Of a stretch of 64,000 nt of DNA, positions 1-9,928 are shown in pieces; the stretch's first letter is position 1; every line of letters starts with the position of its first letter. Source of the DNA: a virus (taxonomy: Duplodnaviria; Heunggongvirae; Uroviricota; Caudoviricetes); the IMG/VR virus record IMGVR_UViG_3300036856_000037; one strand, given 5' to 3'. The notes under the pieces are model-generated. The model ran no database searches. It was not told where the DNA came from and saw only the letters and a program-made list of their open reading frames with translations. The translations under genes and the position numbers were made by a program.

Positions 1-87
1 GTCGAGGAAGACGCGCTTGGCGAACTCAACATTGGAGCGCAGAAGGCTCATGACTCTCTCCTACACGGGCGCGTTGCCCGTCGTTCC

Positions 88-888
88 TTACAGCTCGTCC
101 AGCGCGCGTAGATCGGAGCGCAGACCCGCAAGGTCCAGGCCCTCAAGGTCCTTGCCGTTGAGGAGTTTTTCCTCCGTCAAGTACGCCACGGCCTCATCGC
201 AGTTCTGCTCATAGCCCGCCTGGGTGATACCGGCAGTCATGAGCGTGCCCCAGGTGACTGGCTGTGGCACCTGGTCCCAGCAGACAGCCGTGATGTAGTG
301 GCCGCCCACGTAGTTGGGGCTCTTCAATGCGTCCCACGGCTCGCCGTTGGCAAACGCCGTCTCCCACTGCTCAGGGAACTTGACGCCGATGCCGACGCCG
401 TCGAAGTAGTACGTCGCGTACCACAGCTGGTTGAAGTCGCCCGGGTCCAGCGCGACGAAGGCGCCGATTTTGTGCCGCTTGCCACCGCCGTCGATGAGGC
501 CCGTCTTCTTCCGGTACTCACACAAGCTGGCCACGTCGGTGCCCTGGTCGGTGGGGTTCGCCGGCGCGTTCGGGTTCTCAATCTCAGGGCCGGGCTCATA
601 ACCCGTCACCGCCGCGTAGTTCACCGCCGCGCTGTTGTGCGCCGTCAACGTCTGGTTCCACTGCACCGGAGCGCTCGCCTCGGCGTTCCACAGCATCGTC
701 TCGTGGATGGCGCCCGCGATGGCGCAGTCACCGATGCGGTCGTTGAGGAACATGCCCCACTGAGGAATGAGTTTCTCGTGGCCGAAGGTCTGGGGCGGGT
801 CCGCCAGCTTTACCGTGTCGGCGAAGGTGGAGAACTTGAGCTTGACGGCGCCCGGCCGCGCCGGGAGTTTGCCGAGTTTGTATTGCAC
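88..888 (-). CDS. hypothetical protein; possible papain-like Cys/His peptidase (motif GDCAIAGAIH ... GGHYITAV)
   Basis: 266-aa ORF with GTG start 6 nt downstream of GAGGAG (RBS-like); Cys...His spacing suggests a thiol peptidase fold, weak. Confidence 0.45.
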   Translation of the reverse strand: MQYKLGKLPARPGAVKLKFSTFADTVKLADPPQTFGHEKLIPQWGMFLNDRIGDCAIAGAIHETMLWNAEASAPVQWNQTLTAHNSAAVNYAAVTGYEPGPEIENPNAPANPTDQGTDVASLCEYRKKTGLIDGGGKRHKIGAFVALDPGDFNQLWYATYYFDGVGIGVKFPEQWETAFANGEPWDALKSPNYVGGHYITAVCWDQVPQPVTWGTLMTAGITQAGYEQNCDEAVAYLTEEKLLNGKDLEGLDLAGLRSDLRALDEL

Positions 889-998
889 TTATCACTCCTC
901 GGGGATTTGGAATTCGCCTTCAGGGTAGCCCTGCCACCTGACTGTGCATTCCGACACGCCGCTAACACGAGGTGAAGCCCCCGTAACCACCCCGCTAT

Positions 999-1058
999 AG
1001 TGATGTGCCAGGCCGGTGGCGTATAATTTGCGCCATGGCGGCAACCGGCAGCCAGTGT
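999..1058 (+). promoter_or_regulatory. conserved promoter/operator/leader element copy 1 (GTGATGTGCCAGGCCGGTGGCGTATAAT + GGCGGCAACCGGCAGCC)
   Basis: -35-like GTGATG, 16-nt spacer with GCCAG-N5-TGGC palindrome, -10 TATAAT at 1022-1027, downstream imperfect inverted repeat. Confidence 0.5.
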
Positions 1059-1076
1059 GAAGGAGAGCTGGGGATC

Positions 1077-1298
1077 GTGGGAAAGCACACGTTCTGCTGG
1101 AAAGAGCACCGTAATTGGACTGCGATGGGGATCTACTACTACTTCACCATTTATGAGTCACCTGACGGGTTCAAGGTCTACCGCAACGCCAACGGCTGGG
1201 AGAAGATGGGGCCGCCTGAGTACGTCGGTGTCCGCCCCACACTGAGCAAGGCTAAGGCGCTAGTCGATGACAACGATTGTCCTAGTGTGGCGACATGA
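1077..1298 (+). CDS. hypothetical protein
   Basis: GTG start after GAAGGAGAG RBS-like motif, downstream of promoter copy 1; ORF track 1005..1298. Confidence 0.4.
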   Translation: MGKHTFCWKEHRNWTAMGIYYYFTIYESPDGFKVYRNANGWEKMGPPEYVGVRPTLSKAKALVDDNDCPSVAT

Positions 1299-1735
1299 TC
1301 GTCGGCGTGACGGGATCACGAACCGGCCCGACCCACGACCAGCAGGTCTGGGCGCTCAAGCAGTTTTGCCCCGGTGGTCTGGCGGCTGACGTCGAACAGC
1401 TAGAACATGGAGCATGTGAGGGGGTCGACTGGTTCTTTCACATGGTCGCCATGACGCTCCCTGGCATCAAGATTGTGGTGCGACCCGCCACCGGGACGGC
1501 ATCGAAGTGGACGCACCAGGGTTGCTTGGTGGAACGACCCGGCGTGATGGTGATGCCGGCCAAACCGCCCCTGGACCGTACCCATGACATTGTCGACGAC
1601 TCCGGTGTCGTGTTCGCCTTTCCCGAGCAGCACTATGAGGTACTGCGCAGTGGCACCTGGGCGGGTATCCGCTACGCGCGCAAGTGTCGCAAACGGCTCT
1701 ACATCTGTTTTCCCAATGGAGACATCGGTGGCTAA
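1295..1735 (+). CDS. DUF2493/SLOG-like Rossmann protein (GVTGSR ... HGACEGVD motif)
   Basis: 146-aa ORF; N-terminal GxTGSR motif typical of DUF2493 (LOG/DprA-like SLOG superfamily); ATGA overlap with upstream gene. Confidence 0.45.
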   Translation: MIVGVTGSRTGPTHDQQVWALKQFCPGGLAADVEQLEHGACEGVDWFFHMVAMTLPGIKIVVRPATGTASKWTHQGCLVERPGVMVMPAKPPLDRTHDIVDDSGVVFAFPEQHYEVLRSGTWAGIRYARKCRKRLYICFPNGDIGG

Positions 1736-2360
1736 GAAGGAGGAGGCACCTGTCGAGGTCCGTATTGAGCTTCCCCTCCCTACCGACATCGCGCAGACGC
1801 TGATCAAGATCATTGGCCTGACCTACCCCGGCACCATGATTGCGGACGGTCGTGCTGAATGGCAGACCGACCGGCGACTGGTCTTGCAGATTCCGCACAA
1901 GGAGCGCCACAAGAGCGTTAAGGCGCGCAAGAAGTATGAAGAGATCAAAGCGTATGCCGATGGTTGGGTAGGGCAACTGGCCGATTTAGGTCCCCATGGA
2001 GTCTCGATGGAGCCCCATGAAATCCTGGTCAAGCATTGGTGCTTCCTTGCCCAACAGTCGTTCAGCACCTCTCCCATAGAGACCAACTACTTGGAGACCG
2101 AGGTCTACGACAAGGGCGAGCGGCAGTGGTACGTGTTCTACGTCGCCAAAGGCAAGACCCGCACCCCGCACGCACTGCGTCAGGATGCCGACAAACGGGT
2201 GGCGGAACTGGAAGCCCAGTTGGCCGAGGCCGGAGTGAAGAAGTGTCGGTACTGCCAACGAGTAGCGACTGCCGGGTTCGTGGAGATGGACGGCGGCAAG
2301 TGGCGCTGTAAGTCAGGTGATGCCTGCCAGCGCAGGCGTAGAGAGAAGGAGAAGCAATGA
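1716..2360 (+). CDS. hypothetical protein with C-terminal Cys4 zinc ribbon (CRYCQ...CKSGDAC)
   Basis: ORF 1584..2360, start chosen at M45. Confidence 0.45.
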   Translation: METSVAKKEEAPVEVRIELPLPTDIAQTLIKIIGLTYPGTMIADGRAEWQTDRRLVLQIPHKERHKSVKARKKYEEIKAYADGWVGQLADLGPHGVSMEPHEILVKHWCFLAQQSFSTSPIETNYLETEVYDKGERQWYVFYVAKGKTRTPHALRQDADKRVAELEAQLAEAGVKKCRYCQRVATAGFVEMDGGKWRCKSGDACQRRRREKEKQ

Positions 2361-2511
2361 AAGAGGGAGACAAGGTGACCATCACGCATGGCGGTGGTGG
2401 CACGACCAACGGCACTGTGCAGTCCATCGACGACCCTGAGGGATATGTCGCCGTCGTGGATGAGAACGGCGAGGAGTGGAACGTGTCGAAAGAGCGGGTT
2501 GAACCGCGATG
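2356..2511 (+). CDS. small hypothetical protein (51 aa)
   Basis: ATGA start/stop overlap at both ends typical of translational coupling; below ORF-track size cutoff. Confidence 0.3.
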
Positions 2512-2724
2512 AGCCCCTTAATAGTCCTGCTGATGATCGCCTTCATGATCGCCGTCATAGTGATAGGCCTGATGGCCTACCTGGACTACCGCATCAAGGT
2601 CAAGAAGATGGAAGGCCACCCGCGCGCCAAGCAGATGGAGCGGCAGTACGCCGACGTCCTTAAGGAGCTGGACGCCATCAAGCGTGAGTTCAGTGACATG
2701 AAGGACTGGGTGGACGGCAAGTGA
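2509..2724 (+). CDS. small membrane protein
   Basis: N-terminal hydrophobic helix LIVLLMIAFMIAVIVIGLMAYL. Confidence 0.5.
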   Translation: MSPLIVLLMIAFMIAVIVIGLMAYLDYRIKVKKMEGHPRAKQMERQYADVLKELDAIKREFSDMKDWVDGK

Positions 2725-3023
2725 AGGACCAGACGGTTATCAAAATCGTCGGGCTGGCGAATGGCGAGCCAAGCGTTTTTGACGACCAGTACATTGTGGA
2801 GTTTGACCCAGGCCGCGACGGCACCGAGCCCGGGACGGGACGGTTTATGAGGTGTCACCTGGTCACCACCCCGGACATTAGAGAAGCCACCGTATTCGAC
2901 GCTATGGACGCCATCAAGTTGTGGCGGTCCGTTGACCCGCGGGAGCCGACCAGGCCCGATGGTAAGCCCAACCGGCCACTGACGGCCTGGTCCGTCTTGA
3001 TGAAGAGCCCGGGTAAATCGTGA
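2721..3023 (+). CDS. hypothetical protein
   Basis: 100-aa ORF, start/stop overlap with neighbours. Confidence 0.45.
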   Translation: MKDQTVIKIVGLANGEPSVFDDQYIVEFDPGRDGTEPGTGRFMRCHLVTTPDIREATVFDAMDAIKLWRSVDPREPTRPDGKPNRPLTAWSVLMKSPGKS

Positions 3024-3397
3024 CCTTCGCGGAACCGGCATTCGGTTGGGAGAGCCAGGCGGCGCAGTGGCTCCATCACGGTGAGCCCGGCATCTCATTC
3101 GAGCGACACAGCGTCGGGACCTATCCCCACCTCCACATCGTCGACTGTCTGCTCTACCGGGATGAGGAAGGGCTGCTTGTCGGTCTCCTCTACCACTATT
3201 GCGATGACAGCCGTTATGAGGAGGCGGGAAACGTCAACATCATGGTCAAGCCGGAAAACCAACGGCGAGGGATTGGCACCGCGCTGTTGGTGGACGCCAT
3301 GGCGCGCTGGAACATCGACCTGTCCGCGCAGAACCTGACGCTCGCCGGCGCCTTCTTCCTCCGTCACTTGTCAGAAAAAGGGATCGTCGAGCTCTAA
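3020..3397 (+). CDS. GNAT-family N-acetyltransferase
   Basis: QRRGIGTALL acetyl-CoA-binding motif. Confidence 0.55.
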   Translation: MTFAEPAFGWESQAAQWLHHGEPGISFERHSVGTYPHLHIVDCLLYRDEEGLLVGLLYHYCDDSRYEEAGNVNIMVKPENQRRGIGTALLVDAMARWNIDLSAQNLTLAGAFFLRHLSEKGIVEL

Positions 3398-3410
3398 GGA
3401 AAGGAAAGTC

Positions 3411-3749
3411 ATGAAAGGGATCGTCATTGAAGTCAGCGGGGAGGTGCGGGCGCTCGAGATGCCAGACGGTGATGGCAGCCTGCAATCCATGCAGCAAGCG
3501 GTGGGTGGGTATATCGAGCATGTCGCGACCAACGAGGCCCGCTTCGACATCTGGTGTAACGAGGAGGGCAAGCTTACCGGGCTTCCCCTCAACGAACTCG
3601 CCACTCAGTTCCTCTACGCCACCGACCCGAATTGGGTGGGCCACGATGTCCTGGTCGGGCCGGTGCTGCTGACTGGGGGCGCTGACAATGAGGGAGCAAC
3701 ACAGACTGTCCCCGACTTCCTCCTGGAGCAGTTCGGCCTGGCGTCATGA
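3411..3749 (+). CDS. hypothetical phage protein
   Basis: RBS AAGGAAAG upstream; 112 aa. Confidence 0.5.
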   Translation: MKGIVIEVSGEVRALEMPDGDGSLQSMQQAVGGYIEHVATNEARFDIWCNEEGKLTGLPLNELATQFLYATDPNWVGHDVLVGPVLLTGGADNEGATQTVPDFLLEQFGLAS

Positions 3750-4384
3750 CCGAAGGGAACATCGCAGACAACGCGCGCAAGCACGTCGAGGAGTGCATCA
3801 AGGACCTAGAGGGCGAGAACGACTTCATGCCGTTTTTGACCTACAACGCGCTTGATGGCACCCACGGGTACGTCGGGCTGGCCACCATGGGTGATCAGGC
3901 CGAGAAGGACGCCACCGGCGACTACATGGCGGCGATCCTGGCGGCCAACCAGGCGACGGAAGCCGTCTTTGCCAGCGCCTCCTGGATGGTCAAAGCCCAG
4001 AAGGGGGAGGCTCCTGATGAGACCACCAGGGTGATGCCGTCCGAGCATCCACGTCGGGTGGAGTGTGCCTTCTTCATGCACCATGCGCCCGACAAGGTAT
4101 CCCTGCACTCAGCGGAGATTTTCCGCAAGGACAACAAGGTCAGCCTGGGTGAGTGGGAAGTGATGGAGTTCGAGGGCGAAGCGCGCCTGGGTGGCCGGTT
4201 CGGCGACGCCATCACCATGGGGATGACATTGGGGAAGAACCTGCCACCTGAGGCATTGGAGTACATCAAGACCAATCTGGCCGAGGGCAAGATAGAGGAG
4301 GTCTTGCGCCCGATGGCCAAGGCATTCGCGGGCTTTCGGGAGCACCTGGACGAGCAAGCACGAAAGGAAAGTGGTGGAACGTAA
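3746..4384 (+). CDS. hypothetical protein
   Basis: 212-aa ORF, ATGA overlap. Confidence 0.5.
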   Translation: MTEGNIADNARKHVEECIKDLEGENDFMPFLTYNALDGTHGYVGLATMGDQAEKDATGDYMAAILAANQATEAVFASASWMVKAQKGEAPDETTRVMPSEHPRRVECAFFMHHAPDKVSLHSAEIFRKDNKVSLGEWEVMEFEGEARLGGRFGDAITMGMTLGKNLPPEALEYIKTNLAEGKIEEVLRPMAKAFAGFREHLDEQARKESGGT

Positions 4385-4841
4385 GCCCAGGCTTCTGGTC
4401 GCCGCTAAAGTGGCCGCCCAGCTAATCCCCTCCACCTGGACAACACCGGATGCCGAATGGCATCCGGTTCTCATGTTCATCAACCGCGACGGCGGCGCCA
4501 AGACGGGCATGTTCGACCCCACGTTGATGGGGGACGACAAACTCAAAGACACCTTGGCCTACATCCACCAAGCACTGAAGGACGGTGGCGCCCAAGAGGC
4601 GGTGCTCGTCACTCCCATCTGGTGGGCACTGGCAGACGAGAGCCGTCCCGACATCAGGGCTCGCGACCGCGAGGACCGTCGTGAGATGGTAATGGCGGTG
4701 TACGTCAACCACGAGGACACGCTGGCAGAGATAGCGGAAATCTTCCGCGACCCACCGCAGTTGGGCGAGTGGCAATCAGGATATGAAGACCTCGAGATCG
4801 GTGGCGCGGTGGCAAATATTCTCCGTTCAGCCATTGGTTAA
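4371..4841 (+). CDS. hypothetical protein, distant paralogue of the preceding gene
   Basis: shared pattern D-G...MGD..KD...A..EAV...W with 3746..4384. Confidence 0.45.
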   Translation: MVERKPRLLVAAKVAAQLIPSTWTTPDAEWHPVLMFINRDGGAKTGMFDPTLMGDDKLKDTLAYIHQALKDGGAQEAVLVTPIWWALADESRPDIRARDREDRREMVMAVYVNHEDTLAEIAEIFRDPPQLGEWQSGYEDLEIGGAVANILRSAIG

Positions 4842-4842
4842 C

Positions 4843-4905
4843 CTGACGATGTAGCAGGCCGCTGGCATATAATAGGACTAGCTGGCAAGGGGCCAGCTGT
4901 TCGGG
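4843..4905 (+). promoter_or_regulatory. promoter/operator/leader element copy 2 (GCAGGCCGCTGGCATATAAT + AGCTGGCAAGGGGCCAGCT palindrome)
   Basis: -10 TATAAT 4867-4872; perfect downstream palindrome. Confidence 0.45.
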
Positions 4906-4923
4906 AAAAGGGGTGGCATTGAG

Positions 4924-5325
4924 ATGACCATGGTGTGCGTGATGGACCGCGACTGGCGCGTCGCACTTCCGGAATGGGAGCAACAGCTACCCGACTGCCC
5001 CGACCCCTACCACCCGCCCAACAACATCGGAGGTGCCATCGTTGCCGCCGCCGTGTTGGGCATGATGCTTGTTGCCGGGCTGGTCTTCCTGACCTGGTGG
5101 TACATCACCAAGCGCCAGGAGCGGTTGGTGATACGGGACAGGGAGCGGACTGCCGCCCTAGCCAATGCCGTCAGCGTTGAAGCTGTCAGTGCAATTGGCA
5201 AGTGCGGCAGTCAGATCAAAAGCCTCACCGACGTCATGTCCGACGTGGTGTACCTGACCCTTGAGCATGACAGCTACTTCACCGGCAAGGACTACATCGC
5301 GACCCAGCGGGAGTTGCTGGCATGA
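4924..5325 (+). CDS. membrane protein
   Basis: TM segment AIVAAAVLGMMLVAGLVFLTWWYI. Confidence 0.5.
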   Translation: MTMVCVMDRDWRVALPEWEQQLPDCPDPYHPPNNIGGAIVAAAVLGMMLVAGLVFLTWWYITKRQERLVIRDRERTAALANAVSVEAVSAIGKCGSQIKSLTDVMSDVVYLTLEHDSYFTGKDYIATQRELLA

Positions 5326-6047
5326 GCCTGACACAGGAGGAGTGGTGGGACATCATGACCACCCAGGAGGAACTGGACCCTGAGCTTGCCGCCTACCGCG
5401 AGGTCAATAAACAGTACGGCTTTGACATGATCCGACACCCGCTCCTCTACAGCATCATGCACGTCGACCAGATGAACGCGATGGTCAACAAGCAGTTGCA
5501 GATGAAGAGGGAGCAACTGGCCCGGGCGCGCGCCGCGGGTGATTGGAACACCTTCGTCTACACCTATGAGAAGCCCTACCGAATCACCGCCTTCACCCAC
5601 GTCGCTTACCTGATGCGCGACCGGCAGTACTGGGAGCTACTGGGGTCCATCTGGGTCAACAGCGAGAACATCTACCAGGAAGAAGACCTGTGGCGAGAGG
5701 CGCTGAGCTGTGATCGCTATGGCCGGTACTGGATGATGGAGAAAGAGGAGCGTGACCACCTGAAGGGTGGGTACTTAAAGACGCTCCAGGTCTACCGCGG
5801 CTTCCACAACGATGGACGCGAACACGGCCTCAGCTGGACGGCCAACCCCATCACGGCCAAGTGGTTTGCGCGCCGCCATGCACAGTCAGGGGAGGTGCCT
5901 CGGGTGGCCACCGGGACCATTGACAAGAAGAGTGTCATCGCCTTCTTCAATGGCCGCTCAGAGACCGAGATGGTCATCTTTCCCGAGAACGTCCGTGACG
6001 TCACCATCGAGGAAGTCGGCTATGGCAAGGAGCGGCCCGGTTTCTGA
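5322..6047 (+). CDS. hypothetical protein
   Basis: 241-aa ORF. Confidence 0.5.
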   Translation: MSLTQEEWWDIMTTQEELDPELAAYREVNKQYGFDMIRHPLLYSIMHVDQMNAMVNKQLQMKREQLARARAAGDWNTFVYTYEKPYRITAFTHVAYLMRDRQYWELLGSIWVNSENIYQEEDLWREALSCDRYGRYWMMEKEERDHLKGGYLKTLQVYRGFHNDGREHGLSWTANPITAKWFARRHAQSGEVPRVATGTIDKKSVIAFFNGRSETEMVIFPENVRDVTIEEVGYGKERPGF

Positions 6048-6585
6048 CGACGCGCTGATCCAGGCGGCGCTGTCCGTCTGGCCATTCCACGACAGGCAAC
6101 CACTGGCTATCGGGGTGGCGGCGGGCGTCGTCTGGGCTACCGCGCGCGGACGTGCCTACGGCATCAATGGCTATGCGCTCATCCCGGCGGAAGGTCACCC
6201 GTGGTCGCGCGACTTCCCCAACGACATCAACCAGGAGAAGGAGTCTGCTGAGAGCCGAGAACGTAGCCATGACTTTATGGAGCGGGTACGGCAGGGGAGG
6301 TCCCTCAATGACGCGGTCATCGACGTCTACAGCGGCCTGCCCGACCGGGACTACCTCGACAACTACCTGAACGCCCATGGGGGTATCAGCTGGTACGTCC
6401 ACCCGTGGGTGGGCTTTGACACCGGCCACGCGGGAGATATTTGGGAACGCGAGTGGGATAAACGTGACTTCTGCGCCAACGAGCGGGAGTATCGACAGAG
6501 TTGGTCGATTAACTGGACGCCGGAGAAGGTCGTGGAAGAAGCTAAGAAGCTCGCCCGGCAAGTGGCCGAGGTCGGACGTGAATAG
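6022..6585 (+). CDS. hypothetical protein
   Basis: start at M71 of ORF 5812..6585, overlaps upstream gene by 26 nt. Confidence 0.4.
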   Translation: MARSGPVSDDALIQAALSVWPFHDRQPLAIGVAAGVVWATARGRAYGINGYALIPAEGHPWSRDFPNDINQEKESAESRERSHDFMERVRQGRSLNDAVIDVYSGLPDRDYLDNYLNAHGGISWYVHPWVGFDTGHAGDIWEREWDKRDFCANEREYRQSWSINWTPEKVVEEAKKLARQVAEVGRE

Positions 6586-6866
6586 TGGCCTATTACTTCG
6601 TGGAGCCCGAGAGGCTCAAACTAGCCCTGAGTATTGCGAATTGGAGCAAGCCGCCGTGGTACCGCAAGGCGCACTATGCGTGTGATGTCTGCAGTAATGA
6701 GTACATCTACATCTTCGTCTCCACCAAACAGGTGTCGGACGAGCTGACGGAGCACTACCTGGCCAAAGAGTTGGTCAGGCGCGGGTGGCGCGACAATGGG
6801 GAGCCCTGGGGACACAACACCCGCCGGGACATCTGTCCCGGCTGCGTCGGCGCCAGAAGCGTATAG
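6585..6866 (+). CDS. small Cys-rich (zinc-finger-like) protein
   Basis: GTG start; CDVC ... CPGC. Confidence 0.45.
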   Translation: MAYYFVEPERLKLALSIANWSKPPWYRKAHYACDVCSNEYIYIFVSTKQVSDELTEHYLAKELVRRGWRDNGEPWGHNTRRDICPGCVGARSV

Positions 6867-7022
6867 CCACCAGGGGAACGGCCAGGCCAAGGAATACCTC
6901 TGCGCCGACCCAGACCCACGGCACCCAGAGGACCATTTGCGGATAGGTCAGCAGGTCTGAAAGTGAGCGCCGCCCGCCGCCGACCGTTTTACCCTCGGGA
7001 AACTTATTGGCGGGCGGCACGT

Positions 7023-7808
7023 CTAGGGCCTGCATGGCAATGGTCGGACATGGCCATTCCAGGCGTCCAACATATCCACGCAGAACTGTACTGAGCGGTG
7101 CGCCGGCCGCTTCGGGGTGATCTCGTCGATGTAATGCCGTATGGCTTCTCTGCCATCAAAACCGACGTCAATCCCCCAGACGGTGAATGCCGCCCACTTT
7201 CGTCCACACGGCGGACACTTTCCGCACGGACGGTCTCCGACAGGCTCATAGCAGGAGAAGGTCCGCTCTGCCATCTCCTGACCGTCTACTCCTCTGCGCA
7301 GACATTCCCCCACCAGGCTCGCCTTGGTCATGTGGTAGATGGGGAGCGTCAGGCGCACATGGCGACCCTCGGGCAACCACCGCTGGGGCGCGAACATGTA
7401 GTCGCAGAGAAGGTTGAAGCGCATGGTGAAGCGCCGGTCTTTGTCGTTGCCGGTGGAGCTGTCGACCGATCCCATCTGGATCACGTCGCCGTAGTTGGCC
7501 GCAACGAGAGCCAGGATGGCGTTGCGCCCGGGAATGACTTTGCTGTCGGGGAGCTCATACGCGCCTAGCTGGCGTAAGTCGGCCACCTGTAGCCGATTTT
7601 CCCAGCCTGGTGGCGTCTGTAAGCGACGAAACTCCGCGTCCCCGTACCGACCCGCAATTTTGCAGTACAACAGCACGTCAGAGCCACACAGGACGGCCAT
7701 GCCGTAGCTGTCGACACCGCCGCTGTAGAGCGCAACGGAAGTCATGAGGCCCCCGACGACGAGACACCATATGCCCTCAGCCGTAGTTTTGTCGCCGGGG
7801 TACCGCAC
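7023..7808 (-). CDS. queC: 7-cyano-7-deazaguanine (preQ0) synthase QueC
   Basis: PP-loop SGGVDS, VIPGRNAILALVAANYG block, C-terminal CGKCPPCGRK zinc motif. Confidence 0.8.
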   Translation of the reverse strand: MRYPGDKTTAEGIWCLVVGGLMTSVALYSGGVDSYGMAVLCGSDVLLYCKIAGRYGDAEFRRLQTPPGWENRLQVADLRQLGAYELPDSKVIPGRNAILALVAANYGDVIQMGSVDSSTGNDKDRRFTMRFNLLCDYMFAPQRWLPEGRHVRLTLPIYHMTKASLVGECLRRGVDGQEMAERTFSCYEPVGDRPCGKCPPCGRKWAAFTVWGIDVGFDGREAIRHYIDEITPKRPAHRSVQFCVDMLDAWNGHVRPLPCRP

Positions 7809-7854
7809 GCCGCCAGCGGTGTTGCATTCAGAGAATGGATGGGCGTGCGGTAGC

Positions 7855-8481
7855 TCATCGTGCCCACATTTGGATGACCGCGCCGTCCCGGTCCCGGTGC
7901 AGTGAGCATTTATTGGTCAATCCTGACGTACGCAACCGCTCAGTAAGACCCTCTGCCTGGTCGGGCCGCTGGTGTACATGGACCTCGACAAGCAGTTTGC
8001 GCACCCCACTCAGCGCGGCGGGCGTCAGGACGTCAAACTCCCCGCCCTCAATGTCCAGGGCGAAGCAGTCAAAGCCCCAGCCTTGCAGACTGGCCAGGGA
8101 GTAGCCGGGACACTGCGCGCCGCTGACTCCCTCGGCGACAGTGGTCTCGGCCCAGTTGTCATGTGGCTTCACCACACAGTTCTGGCCGTCTGTGGTGATG
8201 GCGCCCCACACGCAGGTCAGCGGAATGCCGTTGACCGCCACATTCGACTCCACCAACTCGGCCAGCGTCTTAAGAGGTTCGATGCCGCGGACGTTCTGTG
8301 GACCCACTTGCTCCGCGATACATGCCATCAGCCATCCGGTACCGCCGCCCGCGACCACCACCTTGTCACCGGCGGTGAAGAGTTGACCTGCGGCATCCAT
8401 TTCGAGTTGCTCATATGTGCCGGTGACCTGCCGGTTTGCCAGAAGCACGTACGGGATGTCGACACCGTGGAACGAAATCAT
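7855..8481 (-). CDS. FkbM-family SAM-dependent methyltransferase
   Basis: GGGTGW nucleotide-binding loop and FALDIEGGEFDVL FkbM signature. Confidence 0.6.
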   Translation of the reverse strand: MISFHGVDIPYVLLANRQVTGTYEQLEMDAAGQLFTAGDKVVVAGGGTGWLMACIAEQVGPQNVRGIEPLKTLAELVESNVAVNGIPLTCVWGAITTDGQNCVVKPHDNWAETTVAEGVSGAQCPGYSLASLQGWGFDCFALDIEGGEFDVLTPAALSGVRKLLVEVHVHQRPDQAEGLTERLRTSGLTNKCSLHRDRDGAVIQMWAR

Positions 8482-8584
8482 GTGGTGATCCTAGTGCGCC
8501 TGGGCGCAACCTGGGGGAACGCCGCACGCCGTTTATACACCTTGATGGTCATACGGTTATTGACGTGCGGCATCCCAGTTTGAG

Positions 8585-8956
8585 TTAGGAACTCTTTTCC
8601 AGTTGCGCCTTGACTTCAGGCAGCAGTTCCGGCGGATTGGAGCCGGGAACGTAGAACTCCTTGAGAAGGTATTTGAGGTAGTTCTCCCGTTGCTCCTCGA
8701 GCATGGGGAGGTCATACGGGGCAAGCTCTGCCTGCGCCGCCTTCAGGTCCGCGATGGGGACCTTGCGAAACTCATCGAACATTGCCTTGCGCAATGCCCG
8801 CTTGGCCTGGTTCGAAAGTTTGCTAGGCGGGGCCTCGTCTACTGCTTTGAGGTCACTCGCTGGCTTTGCTGGCTTAGGCTCCTTGCGGAGTTCAGCCTGC
8901 TCACGGTGGGCTGCATTCCTACCTCCCGACGCGCTCGGTGTGCTACGTGCAGTCAT
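8585..8956 (-). CDS. hypothetical protein
   Basis: start at M111 of ORF 8585..9286. Confidence 0.4.
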   Translation of the reverse strand: MTARSTPSASGGRNAAHREQAELRKEPKPAKPASDLKAVDEAPPSKLSNQAKRALRKAMFDEFRKVPIADLKAAQAELAPYDLPMLEEQRENYLKYLLKEFYVPGSNPPELLPEVKAQLEKSS

Positions 8957-9065
8957 GTTCCTACCTTTCTCGCTACGGCGGCTCTTTGCCACCACACCGC
9001 CATTATGCCAGTCACATGTGAATAAGGCCAGGTGCGGTGCATGGACCCTTTTGCCGGGGGTTACC

Positions 9066-9118
9066 GAGGTGCCAGCGGCCTGGCGTATAATAACCGTAGG
9101 CGGCAAGTGGTCGCCCGG
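9066..9118 (+). promoter_or_regulatory. promoter/operator/leader element copy 3 (TGCCAGCGGCCTGGCGTATAAT + GGCGGCAAGTGGTCGCC)
   Basis: -10 TATAAT 9086-9091. Confidence 0.45.
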
Positions 9119-9131
9119 GAGAGGGTTACAG

Positions 9132-9602
9132 GTGGAGATTGAGATACGACCGGACTTTTTCAACGGCGTCATAATCGTCCGCGACGAGGAGGGACTGGCG
9201 GCAGTGGGCCGCTGGCTGCAGGAGTCCGACGTCGAATACGAAGCCGAGGAGACGGAAGAAACCGTCGAGTGTCCCCACCCCCGCACCTACGACTCTGGAC
9301 CACGCAAGGGACTGTGCACCCTGTGTGGGGAGCCTGCCGACGACACGGTTCCTGAGCACCGTCCTGTCCGAGAGTTCGAACCCATCCCGATTCTCCCCCA
9401 CCACATACCCGTGATGAATGCGCTGATACAGCGCGGGGAGATCACCACCATGGAGCTCAAGGAAATGTTTGGGCTCATGGGTAGCCAACTCAACACCCAC
9501 ACGATCTACCTCAAGCAGAAGGGCCTGATCGAGCGCGTCCCTGGCCACTGGGCCTGGCAGGTCACCCCGTTGGCCAAATCGCGGGGGTTTGTCCCCTCAT
9601 GA
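9132..9602 (+). CDS. winged-helix DNA-binding protein
   Basis: GTG start after GGAGAGGG; C-terminal wHTH-like segment. Confidence 0.45.
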   Translation: MEIEIRPDFFNGVIIVRDEEGLAAVGRWLQESDVEYEAEETEETVECPHPRTYDSGPRKGLCTLCGEPADDTVPEHRPVREFEPIPILPHHIPVMNALIQRGEITTMELKEMFGLMGSQLNTHTIYLKQKGLIERVPGHWAWQVTPLAKSRGFVPS

Positions 9603-9898
9603 CCGTCCGCTACACCCCATGCTTCTCCGACCCGGAGCGCTGGCAGCCCCAATTGGGTAAGACCAAGGATGACGAGCAGGCGCGCCAGCAGTGCATCACG
9701 TGCTTCATGCGCCTGCAGTGCGCCAACAGTGCACTGGACCAGTTGGAGGACCGCTTACCGGTGGCCGGAATTTGGGCCGGTGTCTACATCCCGTGCGAAA
9801 CCAACACATCCGACACCGGCAAGCGTGCCCGCAGGATCGCCATTTCACAGCTACGAGTACAAACCGGGAGGAAGCGCAGCGTCAAAACCGTCAAGTGA
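9599..9898 (+). CDS. whiB: WhiB-family Fe-S transcription factor
   Basis: Cys motif C-x24-C-x2-C-x5-C plus GIWAG turn. Confidence 0.7.
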   Translation: MTVRYTPCFSDPERWQPQLGKTKDDEQARQQCITCFMRLQCANSALDQLEDRLPVAGIWAGVYIPCETNTSDTGKRARRIAISQLRVQTGRKRSVKTVK

Positions 9899-9928
9899 GC
9901 CAGAAAACCCACCACGAAGGAGAAGGAC

